A stretch of 64,000 nt of DNA from an uncultured Clostridia bacterium (GTDB lineage: Bacteria > Bacillota > Clostridia > TANB77 > CAG-508). Each line of letters begins with the position of its first letter. The first letter of the stretch is position 1. This document shows positions 55,871-64,000 of this stretch, piece by piece. The translations under genes were made by a program, and so were the position numbers. The notes beneath the pieces were generated by a model, which worked only from the letters and a program-made list of their open reading frames with translations, had not been told where the DNA came from and ran no database searches. The stretch covers positions 19,376-83,375 of the forward strand of contig CALXAV010000003.1 of assembly GCA_944386385.1 (NCBI GenBank), in the 5' to 3' direction.

Positions 55871-56224
55871 TTATTTTATTATTAAAAAAATTGTTTCAAT
55901 TAAAATTATTATTCCCATTATTAATACTGTTCTTTTTAATTTCTTACATTTTGTATTAATTTTCTTTTCTATTTCATTTCTCTCTTTTTTCTTTTTTTCA
56001 AGTCTTAAAATATAATTAGATACTAACATTTCCGCTTCTTTTAATATATAATCATTTTCCTTATTGTCGTCTATTCTTTTTTCTTCTTTTTGAATCTTAT
56101 TATTTTCTACTTTCTCATCTTGTTTTATCTTACTATTAGCCTTAAGTATTACAATAGCTTCCTCTACTATATTAGATGGTAAATTCCTTAAAACTACCAT
56201 ATTCTTCAATCCACTTTGATTCAT
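55871..56224 (-). CDS. Hypothetical protein with a C-terminal TM helix (117 aa)
   Basis: ORF with AGGAGG upstream and a C-terminal TM helix (VLIMGIIILIETIFLII). No family recognised. Confidence 0.4.
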   Translation of the reverse strand: MNQSGLKNMVVLRNLPSNIVEEAIVILKANSKIKQDEKVENNKIQKEEKRIDDNKENDYILKEAEMLVSNYILRLEKKKKERNEIEKKINTKCKKLKRTVLIMGIIILIETIFLIIK

Positions 56225-56372
56225 TTGTATACCTCCTTGAAATATGTACTAATATTATTTTTTCCAAAAATTTCAAGGTTATACATTTTATTATAATACT
56301 TATTATTTAGAAATAATATACTTTATTTTATCATCAGTTTCAATTAAATTTTAATTTTATTGTTGTTCTTGT

Positions 56373-57449
56373 TTATGCAACAGAAAAATATAATAGTTTT
56401 CTAACATGTTGATATACATCTTTTATTTTATTTTTTCCCACATTCTTTTCTAGAAGAAATTCTAATACCTTATTAATCTCCTCTAAATTTTTAATTTCTA
56501 TTAATTTTCTTTTCTGTATTCCTTTTATCTCAAATATTCGTGGTTTTATTCTATACCATAATAAGTCTACTCCATAATATTTTCTATTTTCGGAATATAG
56601 ATACATAACAGTAGAATTTCCATATTGAAATGTTGATCCGATTTCAAATTTATTTTTATTATCACTTAAAATTTCATCTATACTTTCACAAGATTTTAAT
56701 TTTTTTGCCGATTTCTTATTAAATATTTTTATTACTTCTTCTTCAGATGCTATGTTTGTTATATCAATAACATCATTCCTATTTATTGTTTTGAATTCTT
56801 TAAAATTTGTATAATATGTTTTTCTGTTAATTCTAATTTTCTCAAGTTTTTGCTTTCCATTTTTCTTTTTTTGTATTTTGAATCCACATATATTAACATT
56901 ATCTTCTGAATATATATAGTAAGAAATATTATTTTTTAAAACAACATCTCCAATTTCTAAGTAAATTGGTTCATTAAATCTAATTAAATTACTATTTCCT
57001 CTCCATTGGCTAATCCATATTCTCTTTTCTATTTTCTTGATATCCATTTGATTTAATTTAATATATGATGATTTAATATTCTTTATTTTAATTTTATTTA
57101 CAGCTGTTAAATCAACCCAACTATCTTTTTTATTCCTATATTTTTTACCATCGATAAAATATTTTTGATAATTATTTAATTCTTCTCTATTTCTTGATGA
57201 ACATTGATAGCATAATAAAAAATTTTGTTCCTTTTTAACTACTAAATATGGTCTAATTCTATGGCTTTCTTCTATTTCTTTTAATTGTTTTTTAGGTAAT
57301 GGCATATTACACCATAGCATGTCTCCTACTTGTGCTTTTTGAAATATTGTTTTTTGTTGTTGAAATATTATCTTTTTTTTAGCTATATTTTTATATATTT
57401 GTTTTATCTTTTCAAACATAGCAATCACCTCATAATTAAATTTTACCAT
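56373..57449 (-). CDS. Hypothetical protein (358 aa), possibly with an N-terminal PemK/MazF-like SH3-barrel segment
   Basis: AQVGDMLWCNMPLP...HRIRPYLVVKKE parallels [11 protein letters not shown]...[11 protein letters not shown] of the mazF product in this window. The similarity is weak. Confidence 0.4.
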   Translation of the reverse strand: MVKFNYEVIAMFEKIKQIYKNIAKKKIIFQQQKTIFQKAQVGDMLWCNMPLPKKQLKEIEESHRIRPYLVVKKEQNFLLCYQCSSRNREELNNYQKYFIDGKKYRNKKDSWVDLTAVNKIKIKNIKSSYIKLNQMDIKKIEKRIWISQWRGNSNLIRFNEPIYLEIGDVVLKNNISYYIYSEDNVNICGFKIQKKKNGKQKLEKIRINRKTYYTNFKEFKTINRNDVIDITNIASEEEVIKIFNKKSAKKLKSCESIDEILSDNKNKFEIGSTFQYGNSTVMYLYSENRKYYGVDLLWYRIKPRIFEIKGIQKRKLIEIKNLEEINKVLEFLLEKNVGKNKIKDVYQHVRKLLYFSVA

Positions 57450-57639
57450 TTATTTAATTCCTGTCAAGTATATTTAATCATTTTCTTCACAAAAAACTTC
57501 CAACTTTACTGATTAATAATTTTAATATTAACCAATAAATATTGGAAGTTTATTATCTAATATATTTTTTATTGCTTTTATTTCTAGTTTTTATTTATTT
57601 AACTAGCTGATGTTTTTTGACCCCGTCCCAAAAAACATC

Positions 57640-58455
57640 TCATGCACTTTTTAATTCAAGTCTTAGTTTATCAGCTATCATGGCAATGAATTCACTGTTT
57701 GTTGGCTTTCCTTTAGCTGCTGATATTGTATATCCAAATATATTTTCAACTGTCTTTTGGTCTCCTCTTCCCCATGCTACTTCAATAGCATGTCTTATTG
57801 CTCTTTCTACACGACTTGGTGTTGTATTAAACTTATAAGCAATTTTAGGATATAGGCTTTTTGTTATTTGATTTATAACATCTATATCATTTACAACCAT
57901 CATTATGGCTTCTCTTAAATATTGATATCCTTTAATATGTGCTGGAACACCAACTTCATGAATAACATTTGTTACTAATGCTTCTAAGTTATCTTCTTTG
58001 TTTCCGTCTTTACTAATATCAATATAAGGTTGTTTCTTATCTTTTGTGATGAAATTATTGCTACCTTGTTCTGGTTTAAAGAATTTAATTTCTCTAATTC
58101 TCTTGATTAAAAGTTCAATATCAAAAGGTTTTACGACATAATATTCAGCTCCTAGCATAATCGCTTTTTGTGTTATTTTGTCTTGTCCTACAGCTGATAA
58201 CATGATACAAATTGGTTTTTTATTACTACTCATTGAATTAACTCTTTCTAAAACACCTAACCCATCTAAATGTGGCATTATTACATCTAATAAAACAACA
58301 TCTGGCTCTATATTTGCTATCATTTCTACTGCTTCATTTCCATCCTTGGCCATTCCTATTATCTCCATATCGTCTTGAGAGTTTATGTAATTTGATAATG
58401 TATGACTAAATTCTTGATTATCGTCTGCTATTAAAACAGAAATCTTTTCTTTCAT
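57640..58455 (-). CDS. spo0A: Sporulation master regulator Spo0A
   Basis: REC domain (VLIADDN...[12 protein letters not shown]) plus the Spo0A-specific C-terminal domain ([19 protein letters not shown]...[15 protein letters not shown]). Confidence 0.93.
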   Translation of the reverse strand: MKEKISVLIADDNQEFSHTLSNYINSQDDMEIIGMAKDGNEAVEMIANIEPDVVLLDVIMPHLDGLGVLERVNSMSSNKKPICIMLSAVGQDKITQKAIMLGAEYYVVKPFDIELLIKRIREIKFFKPEQGSNNFITKDKKQPYIDISKDGNKEDNLEALVTNVIHEVGVPAHIKGYQYLREAIMMVVNDIDVINQITKSLYPKIAYKFNTTPSRVERAIRHAIEVAWGRGDQKTVENIFGYTISAAKGKPTNSEFIAMIADKLRLELKSA

Positions 58456-58572
58456 ACTTTCCCTCCTAAAATAATTACTGTAAAATATTTACAGTTTGAT
58501 TATATTACTTTAAAGAAAGTATTTCAAGATTATTTGGAAAATTTTTCCAATATTTTTATAAAAGTGCTATTT

Positions 58573-59205
58573 TTATATACTTTTTGTAATATATTTTTTA
58601 TATAATTCTTTTAGATTAGTTAAATTTATATTTTTTGTTTCAAAATCTTTCATTAGTTTTGTTTTTCTATTTTCTTCTAACTCAATTTTACAAATAATAT
58701 TTTCTAGGTAACTTGTTTCTACTATATTTATCTTATTATTTTTACAATAATATTTAAAATTTTCAAAATCACTATATTCTAAAGTTACTTCTAAATATTC
58801 TCCTAAAACCTTTGTTACTTTATTACTATTTTCGATAGCAAGCATTAAGCTATTCTGATATGCTCTAACTAGACCTCCTGTTCCAAGTAATATTCCTCCA
58901 AAATATCTTGTAACAACTATTAAAACATTTACTAAATTATTTTTCTGTAAAATATTTAACATCGGAGCTCCTGCTGTTCCTGATGGTTCTCCGTCATCAC
59001 TAAATCTTTCAACTATTCTTCCATCTTCTATTACTCTATATGCTATACAATTATGTTTCGCATCAAAATATTTTTTCTTAGTTTTCTTTATTATCTCTTC
59101 TGCTTCACTACTACTTTCAACATAAAATAAATTACCTATAAATTTTGATTTTTTCTCTGTAAATTCTGAAGTAATATTATTTTCTATAGTTATAAATTCG
59201 TCCAT
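58573..59205 (-). CDS. YigZ/IMPACT-family protein
   Basis: KKSKFIGNLFYV, AKHNCIAYRV, DDGEPSGTAGAPML, and VTRYFGGILLGTGGL. Confidence 0.8.
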   Translation of the reverse strand: MDEFITIENNITSEFTEKKSKFIGNLFYVESSSEAEEIIKKTKKKYFDAKHNCIAYRVIEDGRIVERFSDDGEPSGTAGAPMLNILQKNNLVNVLIVVTRYFGGILLGTGGLVRAYQNSLMLAIENSNKVTKVLGEYLEVTLEYSDFENFKYYCKNNKINIVETSYLENIICKIELEENRKTKLMKDFETKNINLTNLKELYKKYITKSI

Positions 59206-59237
59206 ATTTTCCTCCTAAAAATAAAAGGACTGTCTTT

Positions 59238-60494
59238 TTATGACAATCCTGCAACATATCCTGTTGAATATGCAATCTGTAAATTAAATCCTCCTGTATA
59301 GCTATCTACATCTATTATTTCTCCTGCGAAATATAAGTTTTTAACTATTTTAGATTCCATAGTTTTAGGATTTATCTCTTTTATATTTATTCCTCCACTT
59401 GTTATAATCGCTTCCTCAATAGGTCTTAAAGATTTTATTTCTAATATAAAGTTTTTCAATAAATGTACTAAATTTCTTCTTTCTTCCCTTGTTATTTCAT
59501 TTACCTTTTTAGTAGGTTCAATCTTACTTTCTTTAATAATAACTGGAATCAATTTTTGTGGTAATAGTTTGTCTAAACTATTTTTATATTGTTTATTTTT
59601 TAACTCATCAAAATCTCTAAGTATCCTAGCTTCAAGTTTTTGTTCTGAAAGTGCAGGTTTAAAATCTATTACTAATTTTATTAACCTATTTTTATATTTT
59701 TCATCTATATTCTTATATCTAACCAAATGAGCTGATGCTGAAAGTATTATTGGTCCTGACACTCCAAAATGTGTAAATAGCATCTCCCCAAAATCTTCAT
59801 ATATATGTTTATCCTTTTCAGAATCAATTAACTTTATTGAAACGTTTCTTAAACTAAGTCCTTGTAATTCTTTACATATATCTTTCTCATATATTTCAAG
59901 TGGTACAAGTGACGGTTTAACATCCTTTATTGTATGTCCCAATTTTTCTGCTAACCTATATCCATCTCCTGTTGAACCAGTTAGAGGATAGCTCTTTCCT
60001 CCTGTTGCTAAGATTACTTTATCTGCATCTATTTTCTCCTTGTTTGTCTTTATTCCTGTAACTATCTTTTCGCCTTCTTTTTCAGTATACAAAATTTCTT
60101 CTACTTTCTCATCATAATGTATTTCAACATTATTCTTCTTCAATTTTTTAATAAAACAGTTTAGCACATCTTGTGAATGATCAGTAACAGGAAAAATACG
60201 GTTTCCTCTTTCTTCTTTTACTTCTAATCCTTCTTCTTTTAAAAACTTTATTATATCTTCATTTGTAAAACTTTGATAACAACTGAATAAAAACTTTCCA
60301 TTTCCTGGTGTATTTTTTATAAAGTCCTCTATAGGCAAAGAAGATGTTATATTACATCTTCCTTTTCCTGTTATCAATAGTTTTCTACCTAATGATTTCA
60401 TTTTTTCAATTAATATTACATGATTACCTTTTTTGCTAGCTGTTATTGCAGCCATCATTCCTGCTGGTCCACCACCAATTACTACTACTTTCAT
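59238..60494 (-). CDS. HI0933/BaiN-family NAD(P)/FAD-dependent flavoprotein
   Basis: The dinucleotide motif VVVIGGGPAGMMAAI, GKGRCNIT, the C-terminal YFAGEIIDVDSYTGGFNLQ, and others. Confidence 0.85.
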   Translation of the reverse strand: MKVVVIGGGPAGMMAAITASKKGNHVILIEKMKSLGRKLLITGKGRCNITSSLPIEDFIKNTPGNGKFLFSCYQSFTNEDIIKFLKEEGLEVKEERGNRIFPVTDHSQDVLNCFIKKLKKNNVEIHYDEKVEEILYTEKEGEKIVTGIKTNKEKIDADKVILATGGKSYPLTGSTGDGYRLAEKLGHTIKDVKPSLVPLEIYEKDICKELQGLSLRNVSIKLIDSEKDKHIYEDFGEMLFTHFGVSGPIILSASAHLVRYKNIDEKYKNRLIKLVIDFKPALSEQKLEARILRDFDELKNKQYKNSLDKLLPQKLIPVIIKESKIEPTKKVNEITREERRNLVHLLKNFILEIKSLRPIEEAIITSGGINIKEINPKTMESKIVKNLYFAGEIIDVDSYTGGFNLQIAYSTGYVAGLS

Positions 60495-60512
60495 TACATT
60501 ACCTTTCCAATA

Positions 60513-61529
60513 TTATTCATCTTTCTTAGTTGTCTTTTTTGTAGTTGTCTTTCTAGTTGTTGTTTTTCTTGTTGTCTTTGGTTTTTCTTCAGCTTTCTCC
60601 TCAGTTTTCTTAGCTGTACTCTTAGTTGTACTTTTCTTAGTTCCTGTAGATGCTTTTTTGGTTGTTGTTTTCTTTGTTGTTGTTTTCTTAGCTCCTGTTC
60701 TTGTTGTTGACTTTTTAGTTTCAGTCTTTTTAGTTGTTTTCTTTACAGGTTTTTCTTCTGGTTTTTCTTCTTCCTCATCTTCATCTTCTTCTGGGTCATC
60801 GCCATTTAAATAACCTATATCATTAGCCTTTGCTTCTTTTATATATCTATCTAATTCGTCATTAATAGATGATTCTACATGTTCTTCTTTTGCCTTTTTT
60901 GTTTTTCCTGCTTTCTTTTCTTTTTTCTCCTCTTTCTTATCCTCTTCTTTGTCTTCTCCTACTCCCGGAATAAACCATTCAATACCTATATCTTCTGATT
61001 TACTTTCTTTTGGTGTTTCTATCTCTTCTTCTGACTTGTCATTTTCTTCATTATCATCTTCATCATCATATTTATCTTCGTCATATTCATAACTATCATC
61101 ATCTTCTTCGTTGTCTTCTACTTCTTCTTCAGATTCTTCCTCTTCTAATGGAAGTACATTTGATTCCTCATTTATTTCTTTTTCTTCCTCTTTATCTTCC
61201 TCATCATCTTCTGAAATTTGTGTATCTACACTTCCGTAATCACTAATTTCATCATCATCATATTCGTCATAGTCTTCACTTTCATCTTCTTCGTCTTCTT
61301 CTTCATCAGAGCTTGAATCTTTTTGTATTTCTTTAAATAGATCTTTATATTCTTGTCTTGTTTTCATCATATTGTCTCTTTTTTCTTTCATTTCTTGTTT
61401 AGCTCTTTTTTCAGCTTCTTTTCTTTCCTTTTCTTCCCTTTTGTTTTCTAATCTTTGTTCTCTTCCTCCAAATATCAATAACAATGTTATTAAAACAATT
61501 AAAACTAATAATACAATTACAACAACCAT
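60513..61529 (-). CDS. Membrane-anchored low-complexity protein (acidic D/E core, basic K/T-repeat tail)
   Basis: N-terminal TM helix (VVVIVLLVLIVLITLLLIF). Long D/E runs are followed by KKTTTKKTTTKKASTGTKKSTTK repeats. Confidence 0.55.
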   Translation of the reverse strand: MVVVIVLLVLIVLITLLLIFGGREQRLENKREEKERKEAEKRAKQEMKEKRDNMMKTRQEYKDLFKEIQKDSSSDEEEDEEDESEDYDEYDDDEISDYGSVDTQISEDDEEDKEEEKEINEESNVLPLEEEESEEEVEDNEEDDDSYEYDEDKYDDEDDNEENDKSEEEIETPKESKSEDIGIEWFIPGVGEDKEEDKKEEKKEKKAGKTKKAKEEHVESSINDELDRYIKEAKANDIGYLNGDDPEEDEDEEEEKPEEKPVKKTTKKTETKKSTTRTGAKKTTTKKTTTKKASTGTKKSTTKSTAKKTEEKAEEKPKTTRKTTTRKTTTKKTTKKDE

Positions 61530-61548
61530 TTTTCTCTTCCTTTCCTTT

Positions 61549-62784
61549 TTACTTTTGCATAAATTCGATAGCTTTTAATATTCCAAGCTTACCATATTCG
61601 TATGTAAGTCCTCCTTGCATATATGCAATGTAAGGCTCCCTTATTGGTCCATCACAACTAAGTTCAATAGTTGAACCTTGTGTAAATGTTCCAGCTGCCA
61701 TAATTACTTTATCTTCATATCCTCCCATATCTCCTGGATATGGTAAGACATTAGAATCAATTGGTGAACCCTTTTGTATTCCTTGACAGAACTTAACTAG
61801 GTTTTCCTCTGTTCCTAAACTTAAAGTCTGAACAATATCTCCTCTTTTATCATTATACTTTGGTTCTACTTCATAACCTAATTTTTCTAAGCACCTACTT
61901 GCAAAAATTGCTGTTTTTACACTACTTCTTACAACTGATGGTGCAAAAAATAATCCTTTTAATAATAATGGATTTTGGTTTAATGAAGGTCCTATCTCCT
62001 TACCAATTCCTGGAGATGTTAACCTTTCTGCACATAATTCTATTAAATCTTTTCTTCCAACAATATATGCTCCTGAAGTTGCAATTCCTGCTCCAAGGTT
62101 TTTCATTAAAGACCCTACAGCAATGTCAGCACCTACTTCTATTGGTTCTTTTTCTTCAACAAACTCTCCATAACAATTATCTACCATAATTATTACATCT
62201 TTATTTACTTCTCTTATAGCTTTAATTGCTCTTTCTATCTTTTCTATAGTAAGACTTTCTCTTGTTGAATAACCTCTAGATTTTTGTATTTCAACTAATT
62301 TTATATCTTTTTTAGCTAATCTTTCCTTTATTGCTTCTAAATCAAAATCATTATCTACTAATTCTATTTGTTCATAATTCACATTAAATGCTTTTAAAGA
62401 ACTATTGCTTACATCATTTCCTATTCCAATTACAGTTTGAAGTGTATCATAAGGAGCTCCTGTGATACTAAGCATTGTATCTCCTGGTCTTAATAAACCA
62501 AAAAGTGTAACTGTTAAAGCATGTGTTCCTGAAATTAATTGAGTCCTTACTAACGCATCTTCTGCTTTAAATATTTTTGCATATATTTCTTCTATTTTAT
62601 TTCTTCCCGGTTCATCTATTCCGTATCCAGTAGATGATGTTAAATGACTTTCTTGTAAATCACATTTTTGGAAAGCATCTAAAACTTTTTTGCTGTTAAT
62701 TTCACAAATTCTATCTAATTCTTGAAATTGTGGTTTTATTTCTTCTTCAACTTCTTTTACTAGTTTTTCCAAATCTGTACTCAT
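61549..62784 (-). CDS. YnbB-family PLP-dependent enzyme (methionine gamma-lyase-like, 'aluminium resistance' family)
   Basis: SSTGYGIDEPGRNKIEEIYAKIFKAEDALVRTQLISGTHA... and the SLMKNLG Lys region. Confidence 0.8.
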   Translation of the reverse strand: MSTDLEKLVKEVEEEIKPQFQELDRICEINSKKVLDAFQKCDLQESHLTSSTGYGIDEPGRNKIEEIYAKIFKAEDALVRTQLISGTHALTVTLFGLLRPGDTMLSITGAPYDTLQTVIGIGNDVSNSSLKAFNVNYEQIELVDNDFDLEAIKERLAKKDIKLVEIQKSRGYSTRESLTIEKIERAIKAIREVNKDVIIMVDNCYGEFVEEKEPIEVGADIAVGSLMKNLGAGIATSGAYIVGRKDLIELCAERLTSPGIGKEIGPSLNQNPLLLKGLFFAPSVVRSSVKTAIFASRCLEKLGYEVEPKYNDKRGDIVQTLSLGTEENLVKFCQGIQKGSPIDSNVLPYPGDMGGYEDKVIMAAGTFTQGSTIELSCDGPIREPYIAYMQGGLTYEYGKLGILKAIEFMQK

Positions 62785-62897
62785 TTATTTACTTCCTTTC
62801 TGACATCTAATATTTTACAACAAATTTATTAATTTATCAACCTATACAACAAAATAACTCGTTTATTTTATTTTTGCTATATTTCCATTTTGCCTTC

Positions 62898-63419
62898 CTA
62901 TCTATTCATATTCTGTAAAATAAATTGAGCAGCTTGTTTACTTTCATTTCCTGCATCAAATACTCCTATTTGTACTCCTAATTTTTTAGCCACTTCTTTT
63001 CCATAAGCAATTTCTTCATCTTGAAATCTTTTTGTACCTTCTACAGAGACTTCTTGTCTATCTCTTGCCATTCTTCTTTCGACTATTATTTCTGGTTTTT
63101 CTTTTAAGATTATTATTTTACTTGGATTTAACCCGTAAAATGTTTCTATAGGAATTCTTTCAGGTTCTCCTTTTTCATTTAATAAGCAAAAATGTCCATT
63201 TAAAATATATTCTTTTGGTAATTTTTCACTTCTTATCGCTTGTAATAAATAATCTTGATTTCCACTAATATCCTTTGTTTTCTTATCAGCATTAAGCTCG
63301 ACATTTCCATATTCCTCTATTAAACTACTTGCTGAATAAGATTTTACTCCTGTTACTTCTTCTATATTTTTCAAAAAATAATCTTTTCCCACTCCATGTA
63401 TTCCTGAAACAAAAATCAT
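62898..63419 (-). CDS. P-loop NTPase/kinase-like protein
   Basis: Walker A SGIHGVGKDY. I preferred ATG 63419 with AAGGTG upstream. Confidence 0.55.
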   Translation of the reverse strand: MIFVSGIHGVGKDYFLKNIEEVTGVKSYSASSLIEEYGNVELNADKKTKDISGNQDYLLQAIRSEKLPKEYILNGHFCLLNEKGEPERIPIETFYGLNPSKIIILKEKPEIIVERRMARDRQEVSVEGTKRFQDEEIAYGKEVAKKLGVQIGVFDAGNESKQAAQFILQNMNR

Positions 63420-63498
63420 ATATATCACCTTTCTATCTACGCTTACAATATTATACCACAGAAGAAAAAAGATAACTAAAAGTTACCTCTTTTACTTA

Positions 63499-64000
63499 TT
63501 ATAGTACAAATTTTTTAATTAATATTAGTCCACTTGCAATTGTAATTAATACTACAAATCCTAATGTAAAATATATTCTTACTTGTCCTGTTGATACTGA
63601 TAACATTACTGGTGCATCATCTATATCATCTTCACCTTTTTCTTGGTTATCTGGTGTTGAATCTCTATCTGGTACATCGTAATCATTATAGTCTTCTGAT
63701 ATTTCTGCTGTATTTTCTTTTAATCCCATGTTATCTTCACTATTTATCCATGTAAGTACTACTTCTACTTCTGCATATTCTCCTGGTTGTAATAATGTAT
63801 TTTCTAATAATCTTGTTGAAATTACATTATTACCTTCATCTGTCCATCCTGGATTATCCTCTGGTAAGAATTTTAATCCTTCTGGTACATAATCTGTTAT
63901 TTCTTTTGCATATCCTGCAATTTCTCCTTCATTTGTTACACGGATTTTATATCTGAATTTTACTGTTACATCATTTATATTTTTTCTATATAAATCTACT
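63499..64000 (-). CDS. Cell-surface repeat-domain protein, C-terminal part (open to the right window edge), with a C-terminal membrane anchor
   Basis: I checked the frame upstream of the track Met triplet by triplet and found no stop up to 64000. It reads ...VTNEGEIAGYAKEITDYVPEGL...PGEYAEVEVVL...NTAEIS...DRDSTPDN...EDDIDDAPV (DUF11/TIGR01451-like). It then has VSTGQ, a hydrophobic helix and a KKF tail (sorting-signal-like). Confidence 0.6.
   Translation of the reverse strand, partial: VDLYRKNINDVTVKFRYKIRVTNEGEIAGYAKEITDYVPEGLKFLPEDNPGWTDEGNNVISTRLLENTLLQPGEYAEVEVVLTWINSEDNMGLKENTAEISEDYNDYDVPDRDSTPDNQEKGEDDIDDAPVMLSVSTGQVRIYFTLGFVVLITIASGLILIKKFVL

Noticed and set aside
60420-60813. Cys/Ser/Phe/Val-rich plus-strand ORFs (96 and 126 aa).
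   Set aside because: These are complements of the K/T/E-repeat region of the 338-aa low-complexity gene and the start of the flavoprotein gene. They have no RBS and an implausible composition.
63499-63729. The track's 76-aa ORF as a complete gene.
   Set aside because: The same frame remains open upstream to the window edge and encodes a recognisable surface-repeat domain. The Met is internal, so this is reported as a partial CDS 63499-64000.

Overview
Very AT-rich (about 20-30% GC in hand-counted samples) Firmicutes/Clostridia-type chromosome segment; spo0A, a SpoIVFB-like protease, the dcw cluster and minDE are present. Layout: (i) 1-11750 is an integrase-bearing island next to a truncated initiator-tRNA fragment. 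It carries a replication module (excisionase-type HTH, replisome organizer, DnaC-like loader), a C5-cytosine methyltransferase with a convergent putative restriction enzyme, and a three-gene operon in which two proteins carry C-terminal R-x4-H (HEPN-type) motifs. This operon is my best candidate for an undescribed defence system. (ii) 11775-31814 is core genome: yqeG-like, an ECF-type sigma factor fused through a TM helix to a serpin-like domain, ricT, holB, lepB, a histidine kinase, and the dcw cluster murG-ftsW-mraY-murE-PBP-ftsL-rsmH-mraZ plus a second PBP. An MraZ-box operator lies upstream of mraZ, and an unexplained array of 11 copies of TCTTTTGTA at about 15-bp spacing lies between mraZ and rsmH. 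(iii) 31934-33115 is a compositionally foreign (43-47% GC), self-contained cassette: consensus promoter, AGGAGG RBS, 328-aa ORFan containing an RNxxxH motif, then two strong hairpins. (iv) 33189-64000 is core genome: rsmA, sortase, ispH/ispG, response regulator, mnmA, aspS, HD-GYP, a mazF with no adjacent antitoxin, dusB, rodA-minE-minD, a pilin-like FGE-domain protein, M50/M23 proteases, spo0A, and others. At least five genes, including ftsW and a PBP, are broken by apparent single-nucleotide frameshifts, which points to assembly or homopolymer errors unless confirmed. All function calls come from motifs I read in the supplied translations; no database search was run.
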